This document shows positions 37,828 to 53,567 of a DNA stretch of 64,000 nt, piece after piece. The number at the start of each line of letters is the position of its first letter. Position 1 is the first letter of the stretch. This DNA is from Eledone cirrhosa (Eukaryota): contig OZ024749.1 of NCBI GenBank assembly GCA_964016885.1, positions 38,006,001-38,070,000 on the forward strand, read 5' to 3'. The notes below the pieces were generated by a model. That model was given only the letters and a program-made list of their open reading frames with translations. It was not told the DNA's origin and made no database searches. The position numbers and the translations under genes were made by a program.

Positions 37828-37876
37828 GCTTCTACAGGACTAGTACTGTTTCATTCAGATGAAATCTTCAGGAAGC
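37828..37876 (-). ncRNA. Hammerhead ribozyme inside a 45-bp-arm palindrome (37818-37921)
   Basis: GCTTC-CTGAAGA-TTTCATCTGAAT-GAAA-CAGTACTAG-TC..GAAGC. Confidence 0.72.
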
Positions 37877-37914
37877 TCATCTGAATGAAACAGTACTAGT
37901 CCTGTAGAAGCTCC

Positions 37915-37960
<46 letters not shown>

Positions 37961-38002
37961 GCAAGTCCGAAGAACCTTTAGATAAAATATATACATTATT
38001 TC

Positions 38003-38190
38003 AGTGGATTGGCAGTATCAGTAGAAGGTCGGACGCCATGCTTTCTAGCATAGAGTTACGTCCCTTTACGGACTGAGTTCAAATCCCTCCAAGGTTAACT
38101 TTGTCTTTCATCCTTACGGGGTCGATAAAATAAAGTACCAGTAATGTACTGGGTAATTGCTGGCCTTGTGCCAAAAGTAGAAACAATTAT
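38003..38190 (+). mobile_element. S1 SINE
   Basis: Full consensus; ATTATTTC flanking duplication. Confidence 0.9.
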
Positions 38191-38635
38191 TTCCCCTCCT
38201 AATCAATATAAATCAACCACATAAAAAAATCATTTAAACGAGGCTATAAGTTTAAAATGTACTTATGAAGAAATAGAAATGTACATGAATGTGCTAAGCA
38301 TACAATCATACATGATATTGGACATATGAACAGAGAAAGAAGGAAGGTGTCACTTGTATAAAAGAAAAATAATTATATGTATTTTGTTGTACAGAAGAGA
38401 GTTGTAATTGAAATATTTGGGAATTTCGTATCCACAGGCTGAGAAGTTCTCTTCCACTACTTGGCACAATAGGCAAGTTTACTTTACAGTGCCCCCAGGT
38501 TGATCACTGCATTTTGAGCGGAGTTTTTCTTTCTTCATATATTTATATATATCCTCTCTCTTTCTTCATTTATCTATATATATATACATATATACATAGA
38601 TTATTGCATGTATACACATATATGTATGCATTTAT

Positions 38636-38781
<146 letters not shown>

Positions 38782-38885
38782 ATCTATATATGTATATATC
38801 TATGTTCATATATATCATCATCATCATCATAGTTTAACGTATATATCTCTATATATATATACATATAAATATATATATGTGTATA

Positions 38886-38920
<35 letters not shown>

Positions 38921-38925
38921 GTGTA

Positions 38926-38989
<64 letters not shown>

Positions 38990-39884
38990 AACACACACAC
39001 ATAATCATATGAATATGTTTATTTGTAATTGTGTGTACTTGTCTGTTGTTATGTGTGTTACTTGTCTGTAATTGTGTGTACTTGTCTGTTGTTATGCATG
39101 TGCGCATGTGTGTATCACCAGAACGTGTGTGGGAGACAAAGTAGACAATTGCTATGGCCATAATAACAATAATTACCCATAGAATCTAGAAAGATCGATT
39201 GTATGCCAGTCAGACATTTCTTAAGGACAATGAAATATTGCATTGAATCTGACCAGAATAAAATGGCCGATACTATTGTGAAGCAATGAGGCCTATGTTA
39301 TCTGTTATATCATCATTCTAATATCTGTTTTATTTGCCATCCGCTACCATTTCATCTGGATGATTGAAATATTAATATATTTAAGAACATTAAAATATTT
39401 TAAACCGGTTGTGAGTTTGTAAAATGGAACAATTGGTGTAATTAGCGCAACAATACCAGTATTTCCTCCATTTTGAAGCTGTCAGATTTGCGATAAAAGT
39501 TTTCATTTTGAGATGCTTTAAATTGAATAATAGAAATTTTGCGGTTTCTAATGATATTAGCAAATACAAGATTTGATTTTTTCTTGGTTTTATTTCATGT
39601 CCTATTGCCCTCAACAGCCCAATGTCACAATTATTTTTTATTTATCTTTAATATTTTTTTCGTTTAAAGCAATGTGGAATGATAGAATCGATAGAGAATT
39701 GGACAAAGTGTCATGCGGCACTCAGTTACTCATGAACTGAGAGTACACATCTTAACCACTCAGTCATACTACGTTTACATTATATATCTACGAGAAACAT
39801 GTCGGATTGACAGAATCAGTAGAGTATCAGAGAAATAATTTGCAATATTTAGTTACTGCTCAATGTAGCAGTCACAGCGCAGGT

Positions 39885-40212
39885 TTAAAGACCTCCTTCG
39901 GTAATGAATAACCATGGGATTTGCAACAAGAAAGTTTCCCTCTAAGGCACAGGTCCGGGCATGGTTGTTTGTGGAAGACCAGCAATCGCCCATGCATACC
40001 GGTCACCCCTCTCCATGTCAAAGAGTTTGTCCAAAGGCCGATACAGCTTGGTGCCAGTGATGTCGCAACTCATTTCTACATCTGAGTAAACTGGAGCATC
40101 GTGAAATAAAGTATTTTGCTCGAGGACACAACGCATCACCTGGTCCGAGAATCAAACTCACAACCTTCCGATGGCAAGCCGAATGATCTAACCACTAAGC
40201 TAGGTGCCTTCA
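39885..40212 (-). mobile_element. tRNA-derived CORE-like SINE
   Basis: A-box TAGCTTAGTGG, B-box GAGTTTGATTC, GTGTCCTCGAGCAAAATACTT central domain. Confidence 0.75.
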
Positions 40213-40363
40213 CAGCGCAAGTAACTCAACAAATTAAGACGTTGGAGCACATATATACTAATTCAGAATATCATAACATATTTAATTATATATGTATGAT
40301 GAATATGTTTCAGGTGAGTAAAATATTCATCATACACATATTATATATGCTATGATTCTTTAC

Positions 40364-40412
<49 letters not shown>

Positions 40413-40561
40413 TCTTTACATTTTTATATATATATATATATATACATATATATGTATATTTATATATATATGTATATGTATATATATATGTATCTGTATG
40501 TATATATATATATGTATATATATAAATATATATATATGTATATATATATATTATATGTATA

Positions 40562-40659
<98 letters not shown>

Positions 40660-40727
40660 TATGTATATTTATATATATATGTATATGTATATATGTATCT
40701 GTATATATATATATATATATATGTATA

Positions 40728-41344
40728 ACAGGGTTTGCCAGATTCAATTTAAGAAAATAAATACAATTATAATATACGGCTTGGAAAATTCTCTTTCCTG
40801 GAGCTATTTTATTGTAAGAGACTATTATGAGTTTCTAATTCAATATATACCTTTGATATATTCGGCTCCGTTTATTTGTCGAGCTAATTTAAATGTCGAG
40901 TAAACTTCGCTGCTAATTTTAGTGGTGTTAGTTTGTTAGACACGCTAAGTTCTGACACCATGTGCGTTATTATATATACGCACACTATTCAGTTTGCTGA
41001 TATACTGAGAAGTGAGGAGCTTACAAATTTATCACCCACTGATGAGCAAGAATAGGTAATCCTCTTCACAATTAATTTGCGAAACAACATGGCCAAACGC
41101 TGTCCGGTTTGTATTTATTTTCTTCATTTATTCTTAAATTGAGTCTGGCAAACCCTGTTGTCCATAGTTAGTATTTTTTTCACCTTAGCGAATCTGGTCC
41201 CTTACGATATGAACTGATATATGTATATGTCTGTGTTTATCTCTCTTTTATATTCAATTATAGTATTCGGGTCATAAAAATCTCTTTCCTAGGGCTATTT
41301 TATTGTAAGAGACTATTTTGAGTTTCTAAGTCAATATATACCTT

Positions 41345-41346
<2 letters not shown>
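40728..41346 (+). mobile_element. Family-C PLE end with hammerhead (41022-41113), duplicated 3' end and inverted arm
   Basis: CTGATGA-GCAA..TTGC-GAAA-CA..TG-TC; CAATATATACCTTTGA-TA end occurs twice; 40728-40766 is the inverse of 41108-41158. Confidence 0.75.
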
Positions 41347-41401
<55 letters not shown>

Positions 41402-41507
41402 TATATATATATATATGTGTGTATATATATATATGTATATATATATGTATATATATATACATATATACATATGTATATATATGTATATATATACAGTATA
41501 TACACAG

Positions 41508-41603
<96 letters not shown>

Positions 41604-41606
41604 GTG

Positions 41607-41641
<35 letters not shown>

Positions 41642-41694
41642 GTATATATATATACATATATACATATGTATATATATACAGTATACACACACAC

Positions 41695-41849
<155 letters not shown>

Positions 41850-41980
41850 GCTACCCAGCTGTCGAAATGGCCAGAGCTCAGCCGTTAGGGTCCTGAATCT
41901 TCTCATATTATACAGTCTACTACCCCAAGTATTGAGTACTCTGGTGGGTTATGGTCCACCTGGTTTTTTACCACACCCTA

Positions 41981-42024
<44 letters not shown>

Positions 42025-42344
42025 GTACATTAGACTCCCATCTTTAAGGCGTTACCCCATAATATACCAAGGGAGATACTCTGAAAGAGAAATCTAAATG
42101 AATTCTTTTTCTAAAGAATAACTCTTTTCAATGGTTATTGAAGTATACAATAGTAGAATTATTCATATTTTGTCAGCCTGCAGCTAAAAGAAGAAGTGAA
42201 AGGAATTCACATCACCTATGCTCTTCATCTTTCATATAATTACTTACTTGCTAATTACACCCTAATCTGTTTCTTTTTTTTTTCTACACATACAAACACT
42301 ATTCATTTTACATAAACCAAATTCCAAGTGTGTGTGTGTGTGTG

Positions 42345-42612
42345 ACAGATCACACCTATGCAGGTTTAGCTGGATCCTCATAGGTATATCTCGTTGGAGG
42401 TGTCTTGGGTGATTTAATGATAGGGACCCCAGTCCTATCATCTCATTTCTACAGCTGATTAAACTGAGGCATCATTTCTACAGCTGATTAAACTGAAGCA
42501 ACGTGAAATAAAGTGTCTTGTTCAAAGAAACAACACATCACCTGGTCCGAGAATTGAACTCACAACCTTTCGATTACAAGCCCAATGCTATTAACCACTA
42601 AGCCATGCGCTT
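42345..42612 (-). mobile_element. CORE-like tRNA SINE
   Basis: TGGCTTAGTGG A-box, GAGTTCAATTC B-box, similar to 39885-40212. Confidence 0.75.
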
Positions 42613-42787
42613 ACCAATGTGTCCAAACACGGAGGAGTCGAACTCCCACTGTCATCGCTTCCATCTCGCTTGCCCTCCCCATCTCTCTATACCCCTATAT
42701 ACAATTTTAACTATTGAGCTGCAACATTATGGACGATAAGCTGGAACTCAAATATGTATGTTTACGTTTATATATTGATTACAAAAT

Positions 42788-42990
42788 ATAGGCACAAAGC
42801 CAGCAAGTTTGGAAGGAGGACAAAGTACATTAAATCAACATCAGCACTCGACTGGTGCTCTACCTTATCGACCCTCAGAAGGATGAAGGGCGAAGTTTAC
42901 CTCAGAGGGATTTAAACTTCGGATGTAAAGAACCAGAACAGATATATCAATGACATTTTATCCGACACTCAACTAATTCCTCCATTCCAC
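42788..42990 (-). mobile_element. Diverged S1-related SINE
   Basis: ATCGACCC..GGATGAAGGGCGAAGTT motif; other diverged copies at 33772-33900(-), 45881-46050(+) and a head fragment at 28745-28814(-). Confidence 0.7.
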
Positions 42991-43077
42991 CACTTTCCAC
43001 TTATATGTAGACTTACTTTCCACATTATGTAGACTAACTCCATTCTTTTAATCATATCTCTTCACTTATGACATTAA

Positions 43078-43298
43078 CCCTTTAGCATTTACATTACTCT
43101 ATATTTACTATTATATTTTCACAGTAAACACTTTATTTCACATAATTATCTCACATAACATGGAATCTATGAGATTTTGATATTATATATTTTGAGTACA
43201 ATACCTTAACATCAGTATGAGCAGCTGGTTACAGCCGGTTTGAACAGAAAGAGGTGAGAGAATTAAGGCCTGATATGGCCGGTTTAAATGCTAACGGG
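43078..43298. mobile_element. piggyBac-type MITE
   Basis: TTAA-CCCTTTAGCATTTA ... TAAATGCTAACGGG-TTAA. Confidence 0.85.
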
Positions 43299-43617
43299 TT
43301 AACAGAAGTTCATGAGACAATAAGAGTCATTCTTACACTACTCATGTTTACCATACACTACTCCTATTGCAGAAGCTTTGTTTTAATTGAGTATTTTCTT
43401 TCTCACTTGTTTTTCACATCTTATCTATTCTAATCGATGGGTTGGGTTGTCGTTGTCTTTTTCTACATCTATTTTAAGAATTATTTAATTAAATGACTTG
43501 TTGTTGATCATTTCTCAAAGAAGTTGTGTAATTCAGATAAAGTGGATTTGTCTGTCCTGCTATTTCAAACATCATAAAATTATTTCTCTACATACACATA
43601 CACACGCACGCACACAG

Positions 43618-43754
<137 letters not shown>

Positions 43755-43804
43755 CATATACATATATATCATCACCATTTTACGTCCATCCTTCCACGCT
43801 AGCA

Positions 43805-43837
<33 letters not shown>

Positions 43838-43841
<4 letters not shown>

Positions 43842-43916
43842 GTTGTAACATAAATTCCCGCCGTTTTTGAAAACAAACAAATTATAACAACGGCGGGAAT
43901 TTATGTTACAATCCAA
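43838..43916. mobile_element. 79-bp mariner-type MITE (Made1-like architecture)
   Basis: TA-TTAGGTTGTAACATAAATTCCCGCCGTT ... AACGGCGGGAATTTATGTTACAATCCAA-TA. Confidence 0.8.
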
Positions 43917-43920
43917 TATA

Positions 43921-43954
<34 letters not shown>

Positions 43955-44091
43955 AGAAAGAACTCAATAATTTTAGAATTCAGCGCATATTAAATGATAT
44001 AAGAGCAATATATTAGGGGCTTCAGAATAGATTTGCTATATGACACTTTATCAGAGATATTTGAGAAAGAAAACTTACACAGTACCATTGT

Positions 44092-44209
<118 letters not shown>

Positions 44210-44518
44210 AGTCAAAATCAAGAAAGGAAACAAAGGAATGAAAATCCAAAATGCGATACTTAAAAACACAAGAGCGTCAGAAGGAAAAATAAATTAAGTA
44301 GGATATATGTTGAAGAAGTAAGACATGGTGTGTAGGAATAAAATTAGGTATGAACAAGAAGAAAAGAAAGAACTAAAGCTGCATATGAGAAGGAAAAGAC
44401 GATAAAATACTATGATTATAAGATATTAGAAGTTCATTCCATCTCTCTCTATTTCAAACACACTGTGGCTGTGTTTCCCTTCATCCTCTATCTCTTTTTT
44501 GGTCTCTTAACACAGACA

Positions 44519-44602
<84 letters not shown>

Positions 44603-44712
44603 TACACACACACACGCATACACACATATACACGCATACAGTCTTACATATATAAATGTATATACTTATATATATATATATATATATACAAGTATATATA
44701 TATGTATAAATA

Positions 44713-44754
<42 letters not shown>

Positions 44755-44773
44755 TATATACATATATATATAT

Positions 44774-44811
<38 letters not shown>

Positions 44812-44835
44812 CACAAGTATATACATATATATATA

Positions 44836-44906
<71 letters not shown>

Positions 44907-44934
44907 TATATTGACAGTTTTGTGTAAGTTTAGA

Positions 44935-44967
<33 letters not shown>

Positions 44968-45214
44968 TGAGTAAATATATACATATATAAATAATCTATA
45001 GTTTAGTGATGGATGTTTGTTTTGAACCCGCGTAAGAAGCATTGAAGCAAGAAACAAACAAAAAGAAAACGAAGAAAAAGCAAAAAAATAATTCGTAAAA
45101 CACATACACATACACCCACATATACATACACGCATACATACACATCACGTGCACACTACACACAGACTCATAGACACACGCCGACACACATACACGCTCA
45201 GAAAAACCCACAGA

Positions 45215-45680
45215 CAATGAACTTGAATTGCTTTTGTGTATAAGAAGTAAAAATGTGGACACTACATTAAAACACACAACATACACAGTACATGCTAATA
45301 TACACACAACAATACACATACCAACACACACACACATCCGCACACACATCAATATACACCAACAAACATAGAAACGCACACACAATGGACCTGATATTGC
45401 TATTGAATAGAGAAGTGAAAATGTTGACAGATACAATAAAACGCATAACATGCACAATATACACTACTATACACGCAACTATACACAACAATACACATAT
45501 CACACACAAAAATATACTGAACAACACACACAACAATACACATGCCAATACACACACCGACACACACATATATGCACACCAAGACACACCAATACACACC
45601 AACACATACAGAAACACACACACAATGGACCTGACATTGTCATTGAACACAGAAGTGAAAATGTTGACAGATACAATATA
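45215..45680. repeat. About 240-bp imperfect tandem repeat in CA-rich DNA
   Basis: CACAATGGACCTGA..AGAAGTGAAAATGTTGACAGATACAATA at about 45380 and 45620. Confidence 0.75.
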
Positions 45681-46109
45681 AAAAAATTGCTACATTAACA
45701 AACCAAATGAAACTTTCTCACTCAGAAGAAATCCGTAGAGAAATTTGTGTGAAATTGAAAATAAGTTTAAAAGAAATTTAAATATTTCAAATTTAAATTA
45801 TAACTACTAAATAGGAAAGCTTTACGTTTCATAGTAAAAAAGCAAAGTGCTTATTTTCGATTGGGTTATTATAACAGTTAGAGGCGGTGAATTTACAGAG
45901 TCGTTAGAATGTCAGATAGAATGCTTTATGGTATTCGTTCCGTCTCGCATCTCTCTGAATTTAAATCCCCCTGAGGTTAACTTTGCAATTCATTCATTCG
46001 AGGTCGATAATAAAGAGCACCAGTTTAGTATTGGAGTTGATTCATCCTCTATATCTCTTTCTAATTTCCATTCTCTCACTCTCTATCTTTCTCTAGAAGA
46101 AATCTGCTG

Positions 46110-47030
46110 TAATCAGACCTGGAGAAAGATGGGCTCCATTTTGGGTTGGACGGTATGGTGGTACAACTGTAAACAGCTGAACTACGAAGTGGGAAATCAT
46201 TGTGATTTTCAACGGAGTGGGAAATCTTTACCTGCGTGGAGTTGGATAAAGCCGAGAGGTGATGGTGCTGGAGGGAACGTTGGGAACATTGAACACCGAC
46301 TGTGCTATAGCTGTGGTACTGGATGCCACGGGATCACAGACACATGCGCAAGAGAAAGAAGCACACATGCACAATCAAGCAAGAGCGCTGGCATGTTTGT
46401 GTTGGTAGTGTGTGCATACGTGCATCAGAAAGTGTAGGGTATTGAGGGTTATGTGTGCAGAGGTATATGTGAGCCGGGTGATATATACGGGTGTTTAAAT
46501 GGGTGTGTATTGTGTGGTGGCTGGAGTTGCGTGGGTGAGAGCTAGGATAAAGGGTAGTTATAGAATCTGTGGGGGGAATTGAGTTCATTCGGGAAAGTAG
46601 TTCCAATGGGAAAATTAAGTTCTGCTTAGTTCTAGTATGAGTGACTGGAGATCCGTGGTGTTGAATGTGTCCTGAGACAGTGAGGTGTTGAGTCGAGTGG
46701 TTTGAGCAACACAAGTGATAAACATTAGGGGTATCTTTGCCCAATTGTATGCCCCTCAGATGTTTGGTGAATCAGTCTGATATTGGGTGAGTTAGACAAG
46801 AAGCAAGAAATGATGGGATCAGAAACAAGGGTTCAGAAGCAATGAAGGATACGGCGCTTCAAGGAGAGGGTAGAGGTGTTGTAGATGAAGAGGAAAGGAA
46901 AGTGGGTGTGGAGGGGCAGTCAATGAGTAAGAGGGCTGTCGTACAGTCAGTATCACGGACTTTGAGTAAGGACAGCTTGGATCAAGAAGTAAAATCGCAA
47001 AGCAAGCCCAGCCTTTTCAACTAGATTTCC
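46110..47030 (-). pseudogene. Decayed PLE fragment (RT thumb and GIY-YIG C-terminus)
   Basis: Broken frames give KHLRGI..KDTP..NHS..HLTVSG..QNLIF.L, resembling a PLE endonuclease end. Confidence 0.5.
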
Positions 47031-48554
47031 ATAGAATTCCCTTGAAACAGTTCATTGAAACAGTGGAGCTCACTGTTGGTATCCTATCTCTTCAATATAA
47101 TCCCTCTGTATCTCATTAAGGACAATGAAAAACAGTTTATTAATAAAGTGAAAACAGGTGACATTCATGAAATAATAACTGAAATATATTTCTAGTAATT
47201 AACATATTATTTTATTGCCATAGAAGAGCCAGGAGATATATGTTACACCCATTATGTTATAAATAACAATTGTTCTGACATTTCTAATAGACTGTATATC
47301 ACTATTTTTGACCGTCGTCCGTGTTCTTATGTTTTATGCTTTAATAATTGGAATATCTCAGCATCAACTTTATCAGCATCATCATAAACATCCTGTTGAT
47401 ATCACCACCATCACCATCCTAACTATTACCACCACCAGCATCACCACTGTCACCGCCATCATCATAATCATCATCACTCTCACAACTATTACTCTAACCA
47501 CCACCACCACCACAAATGTCAACACCACCACCACCACCACCACCACAAATGTCAACACCACCACCACCACCATCAGCAACAGCAATAATTTTAGAAATAT
47601 TACTGCATCCATCATTGACTCTGTTAGAAGCAATTTTGCTTACGTCATTGAAACCGACAATAGCAACTACAATAACAACCAGAACAACAACAACAACTAC
47701 AACACTAACTGCTATTCTTTCTTCATTGAAGACAGAATTATTCTGTCAATGCTGTTGCCATAGTGACTATACTGTTTGATTACCTTCTGTAGATAGAAAT
47801 TCTCCATCGACCGCCATTTTCCTCAACACAGTCATCAAATATGTATGTTGTTGGTGTTGTTGTTGTTGCTGTTGCCATGGCTATTTTTGTTAATGTTGTT
47901 GTTGTTGTTGTCCTTATTGATGTTCTTCTCCTTGCTGTTGCTGCTGTTGTTGTTGTTGCTCTCATTGATGCTGTTGTTGTTGCTGCTGTTGTTGTCATCG
48001 ATGTTGTTGTCCTTGTTATTTCTGTTGTTGTTGTTGTCCTTGTGTTACTTCTGTTGTTGTTGTTACTGCTGTTGCTGTCATTGATGTTGTTGTTGTTGTT
48101 GTTGTTGTGCCTGCTGTATTATTCGTTATTCAAGTGTTATACTCATTATTGACCCAATAGGAAGCAATGGCTAACCCCCACATCCCTATATCTCATTATT
48201 CCTCCAAAGTGTAGCCAGCCACCTCTGTTCCACATGCCCCTCTTACCATTTCACTCTCCCTACCTCACTATTCCACTAATATAAAGCCAGCATTAGTCCC
48301 TACACCCATATCCCCATTTCTCTCCTCCACTCAAATTTGTTCTCCCAGGTCTATGCACCGTTATTCTACATTTCTATATCTCTATTTTCATCGTTCAATT
48401 GATAACGATAACAAAAAAAGAAAAACCTTATTTTCTTCAAAACATTTTTCCTTTATAATTTTTCCTTCTTTTTCTCACGATTCCTCTTCAATCATTATTT
48501 ATTTATTTATTTCAATAATTTTGTATATTTTTCAATTCTTTATTTCCAGATTTC

Positions 48555-49820
48555 ACTGTAGGCACCTTCAAGCTACGAAGGAACCTTACACCATGTAGCT
48601 CAACATACTAGATATAATAGTCAAATCTCTTTAAATGCTTTCGTTACCACAATTTCATGGAATACATACATAGGCACCTTCAAGCTACAAAGGAAACTTA
48701 TACCATGGAGCTCAACATACTAAATATAATTGTTTCTACTTTTGGCACAAGGCCAGAAATTATCCCAGTGTATTACTGGTACTTTATTTTATCGACCCCG
48801 TAAGGATGGAAGGCAAAGTTAACCTCGGCGGGATTTGAACTCAGACCATAAAGGGCTGTAACTCTTTGTTGCAAAGCATGGCGTCCGACCCTCTCCGATA
48901 CTGCCAATCCACTACTAAATATAATAGCCAAATCTCTTTTAATGCTTTCATTACCACAATTTCATGAAATACATATGTAGGCACCTTCAAGCTACGAAGG
49001 AACCTTATACGATTGTGCACAACATACTAGATATATCAGCCAAATTTTCTTTAATCATAATTATTAGTAGTGTTTATTTTCAATATAGAAATAAGGAAAA
49101 AAAAAGAAGGGGCAACAAAACAAAAGAAAGAATAGGGAAATATAGAAAAAAAAATAGAAAAAATATATAGAAAAATATAAGGAGAGAAAGAAAGAAGCTT
49201 TCGTTACCACAATTTCATGAAATACATATGTAGGCACCTTCAAGCTACGAAGGAACCTTATACGATTGTGCACAACATACTAGATATATCAGCCAAATTT
49301 TCTTTAATCATAATTATTAGTAGTGTTTATTTTCAATATAGAAATAAGGGAAAAAAAGAAGGGGAAACAAAACAAAAGAAAGAATAGGGAAATATAGAAA
49401 AAAAAAATAGAAAAAATATATAGAAAAATATAAGGAGAGAAAGAAAGAAGCTTTCGTTACCACAATTTCATGAAATACATATGTAGGCACCTTCAAGCTA
49501 CGAAGGAACCTTATACGATTGTGCACAACATACTAGATATATCAGCCAAATTTTCTTTAATCATAATTATTAGTAGTGTTTATTTTCAATATAGAAATAA
49601 GGGAAAAAAAGAAGGGGCAACAAAACAAAAGAAAGAATAGGGAAATATAGAAAAAAAAATAGAAAAAATATATAGAAAAATATAAGGAGAGAAAGAAAGA
49701 AGCTTTCGTTACCACAATTTCATGAAATACATACATAGGCACCTTCAATCTGAATGAAGATATTACCATGTAGTTCAACATACTAGATATAATATCTTTC
49801 ATTACCACAATTTCATGAAA
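48555..49820. repeat. Local tandem array: about 113-bp unit, then three about 253-bp units
   Basis: TAGGCACCTTCAA recurs near 48558, 48671, 48977, 49231, 49484 and 49736. Confidence 0.9.
48731..48912 (-). mobile_element. S1 SINE with 13-bp TSD
   Basis: TACTAAATATAAT at 48718-48730 and 48913-48925. Confidence 0.92.
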
Positions 49821-49914
49821 CACATCGCCTATGATTTTCAGTAGCTCTAGGTCAACTCTGGAATTGGTTATTCATTTTACTGAAGCCAAGAAATTGTTAT
49901 ATCAGGCTACTTCA

Positions 49915-50568
49915 TTAATATCATCAGAATCATTAACATCATTATAATTATAACCATCATCACCATCATCAACATCATCACAATCATCACCATCATCAAC
50001 ATCATCACAATCATCACCATCATCAACATCATCACAATCATCACCATCATCAACATCATCACAATCATTACCGCCATTATCATCATCATTACAAGCATCA
50101 TCCCCATCATCACCGCCATCACCACCATTACAACCATCATCACCATCATCACCGCCATCACCACCATTACAACCATCATCACCGCCATCACCACCATTAC
50201 AACCATCATCACCATCATCACCGCCACTGCCACCATTACAACCATCATCACCATCATCACCGCCATCGCCACCATTACAACCATCATCCCCATCATCACC
50301 GCCATCGCCACCATTACAACCATCATCACCATCATCACCGCCATCGCCACCATTACAACCATCATCACCGCCATCGCCACCATTACAACCATCATCACCA
50401 TCATCACCGCCATCACCACCATTACAACCATCATTACCATTATCCTCCTCCCCACCTCCCTCGTCATCTTTATGTTCAACATCATCATTATCAGCATCTT
50501 GATATGCTCCAAATCAATGCCAACATCACCACCACCACCACCACCACCACCATTATCGTTACTAGCAC

Positions 50569-50611
<43 letters not shown>

Positions 50612-50747
50612 GTCACGAACATCAAAAACGTGAAAATAATCCCTTAAATCGTAATCACCGTCACCATCTTTATCATCATCATCATCATTATCATAAACGT
50701 CAAAATATCACCCAAATCCTCATCACCTTCACCATCATCATCATCAA

Positions 50748-50794
<47 letters not shown>

Positions 50795-50836
50795 ACATCT
50801 CCATCATCATAAACATCAACATCATCATCATCATCG

Positions 50837-50893
<57 letters not shown>

Positions 50894-51072
50894 ACATCTC
50901 CATCATCATAAACATCAACATCATCATTATCATCATCATCATCATCATCAACATCTCCATCATCATCAACATCATCATAAACATCAAAATTGCCCCCCCC
51001 CCCCCAAATCATGATCTCCATCACTACCGCTATTATCATCTTCAAAATATCGCCCAAGTCTTCATCAACATT

Positions 51073-51103
<31 letters not shown>

Positions 51104-51105
51104 AC
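49915..51105. repeat. (ATC/ACC)n trinucleotide-based repeats
   Basis: Direct; source of the poly-M/V/D ORFs. Confidence 0.95.
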
Positions 51106-51493
51106 AAAATGTCAGCTGACAAAGTAAATATTTCCATTACATACTCACTTCATATTCTCAACCTCCCACACTCCTCCTCGTTAAACAGGGGACGTATGAA
51201 AGAAGTAGCGTGAAAGAGATGGAGAGAAAAGTTGACAGAGAGAGTGGACAGAGAGTGAGAGTGAGGGGGTGGAGAAAGGGAGGAGAGAGATGTTTGAAGT
51301 AAATATTGGGGGGTGAGAGAGAGAGAGAGAAATTCATATATATAGAGAGAGAGAGGGTGAAAGCAGCGATTCTTTGCTTAAACTTTAATCTGTTATTTTA
51401 ATAAATATTTGCTCTACGGTTCTTATATATTTGATATATATTTTCCTTATCGAGCCCTCTTTGGATTTTAGTCTTCAATTTTATTATTATTAC

Positions 51494-51553
<60 letters not shown>

Positions 51554-52082
51554 CATATAGAAATATATATAGAGAGAGAGGGGAGAGATAATGAGACAGA
51601 AAGAGAGACAGAGGTACAAAGACTAATAGAGTGACTGAGGCCGAGAGAGAGAAGGGAGAGAGCGCGAAAATGAGAAAGAGAGAGAGAGAGTAGTAGACGA
51701 AGTAATAAAAAAGAAGTGCGTACGTTAACTGACAGTTATTTTAACTTTATATATGTCATTATGCAGTAGAGATGTTGGACTTTTTTTGTTTAAATTTCAT
51801 TTAAAATGGTAGTCGCCATTATGGTTGTATTAGGATATGACCATACATTGGACTAAATATCTTACATAAACAATTGCTTTATTTTAGTTTCTTTGGTATG
51901 TAGTTCATTGTAATGTAGTGTTCTGTAGTGTGGTGTAATGTTGTGCTCTTTAGTGTAGTGTAGTGTGTTGTTCTGCGGTTTAGTGTAGTGTAGTATGGTG
52001 TAGAGTGGTATAGTGTTGTAGTCTGTAGGGTGGTGAAGTGTGGTGCTGTTGGGTGTAGTGCTCTGAATGGTTGTGACGTCTG

Positions 52083-52220
<138 letters not shown>

Positions 52221-52221
52221 C

Positions 52222-52282
<61 letters not shown>

Positions 52283-52299
52283 TATATACATATATATAC

Positions 52300-52467
<168 letters not shown>

Positions 52468-52568
52468 CGTCAATACACTGCCAATGATGAATGGTCAGTT
52501 CTATTACCAGTCCCTAGGGAAATTGACTGGAGAAGGAATTCTTGTACGAATATGTATATATCAGTGCC

Positions 52569-52650
<82 letters not shown>

Positions 52651-53245
52651 TAGATCTATAGGGAAGCCTTAAAAATTATTTTATATAATTTTTAAGGTTT
52701 TCCCTATATAGAAATGAAATGCATATATATATCTTGGCGTTTTGGGTCTAAAAATATTGGTTACCATGAGGAGACAAAGGAGGTTCAATGACAACTACAA
52801 TACTATCTTTTTATTTTTATGCACACACAGACAAAGACTCTCGTAACCAAATGCACACTTACAAAAAAAAACATCTGTGTGTATGGTATGTGTATGTATG
52901 TGACTGTGTTTTTTTTTTTTTTGTAAGTGTTAGGAGAGTCTTTGTCTGTGTGTGCATAAAAATATGTCAACATGTGAATAATTTTTATCTCTATATTTAA
53001 ACCAGAACACGCCAACTAGTTTTAATTCAACAGATATAGATGGTCGCTTTCCTGCCGGAAGCTAACTAACTGATTACTTGAATCAAGTCAACCGGAAGTT
53101 GAAATGCCTTCCTATACATCTGAAAGAACCAATCAGAACTCAGCTTTTGACTACCGACTTTACTCAACTGATGATTGCCGCTAGTTACAAAACAGTGTGT
53201 AATGACGTGTAAAGGTGCCTGAATTAATGCAAAAAGTATCTTTTA

Positions 53246-53348
<103 letters not shown>

Positions 53349-53567
53349 CTATGTATATATATAAATATATACATATATTATGTACAGGTTACTTTGTCTG
53401 TAGATTATTTGCGAACACGCCCCGTGTCTACACACGCATACACATGCATTTATATATGAGTATAAGTGTATATATATATGTGTGCATTGTATACATATGT
53501 GTGCATATGTATACATATGTGTGTATATATATATGTATATATATATACACACATATATATATATATA

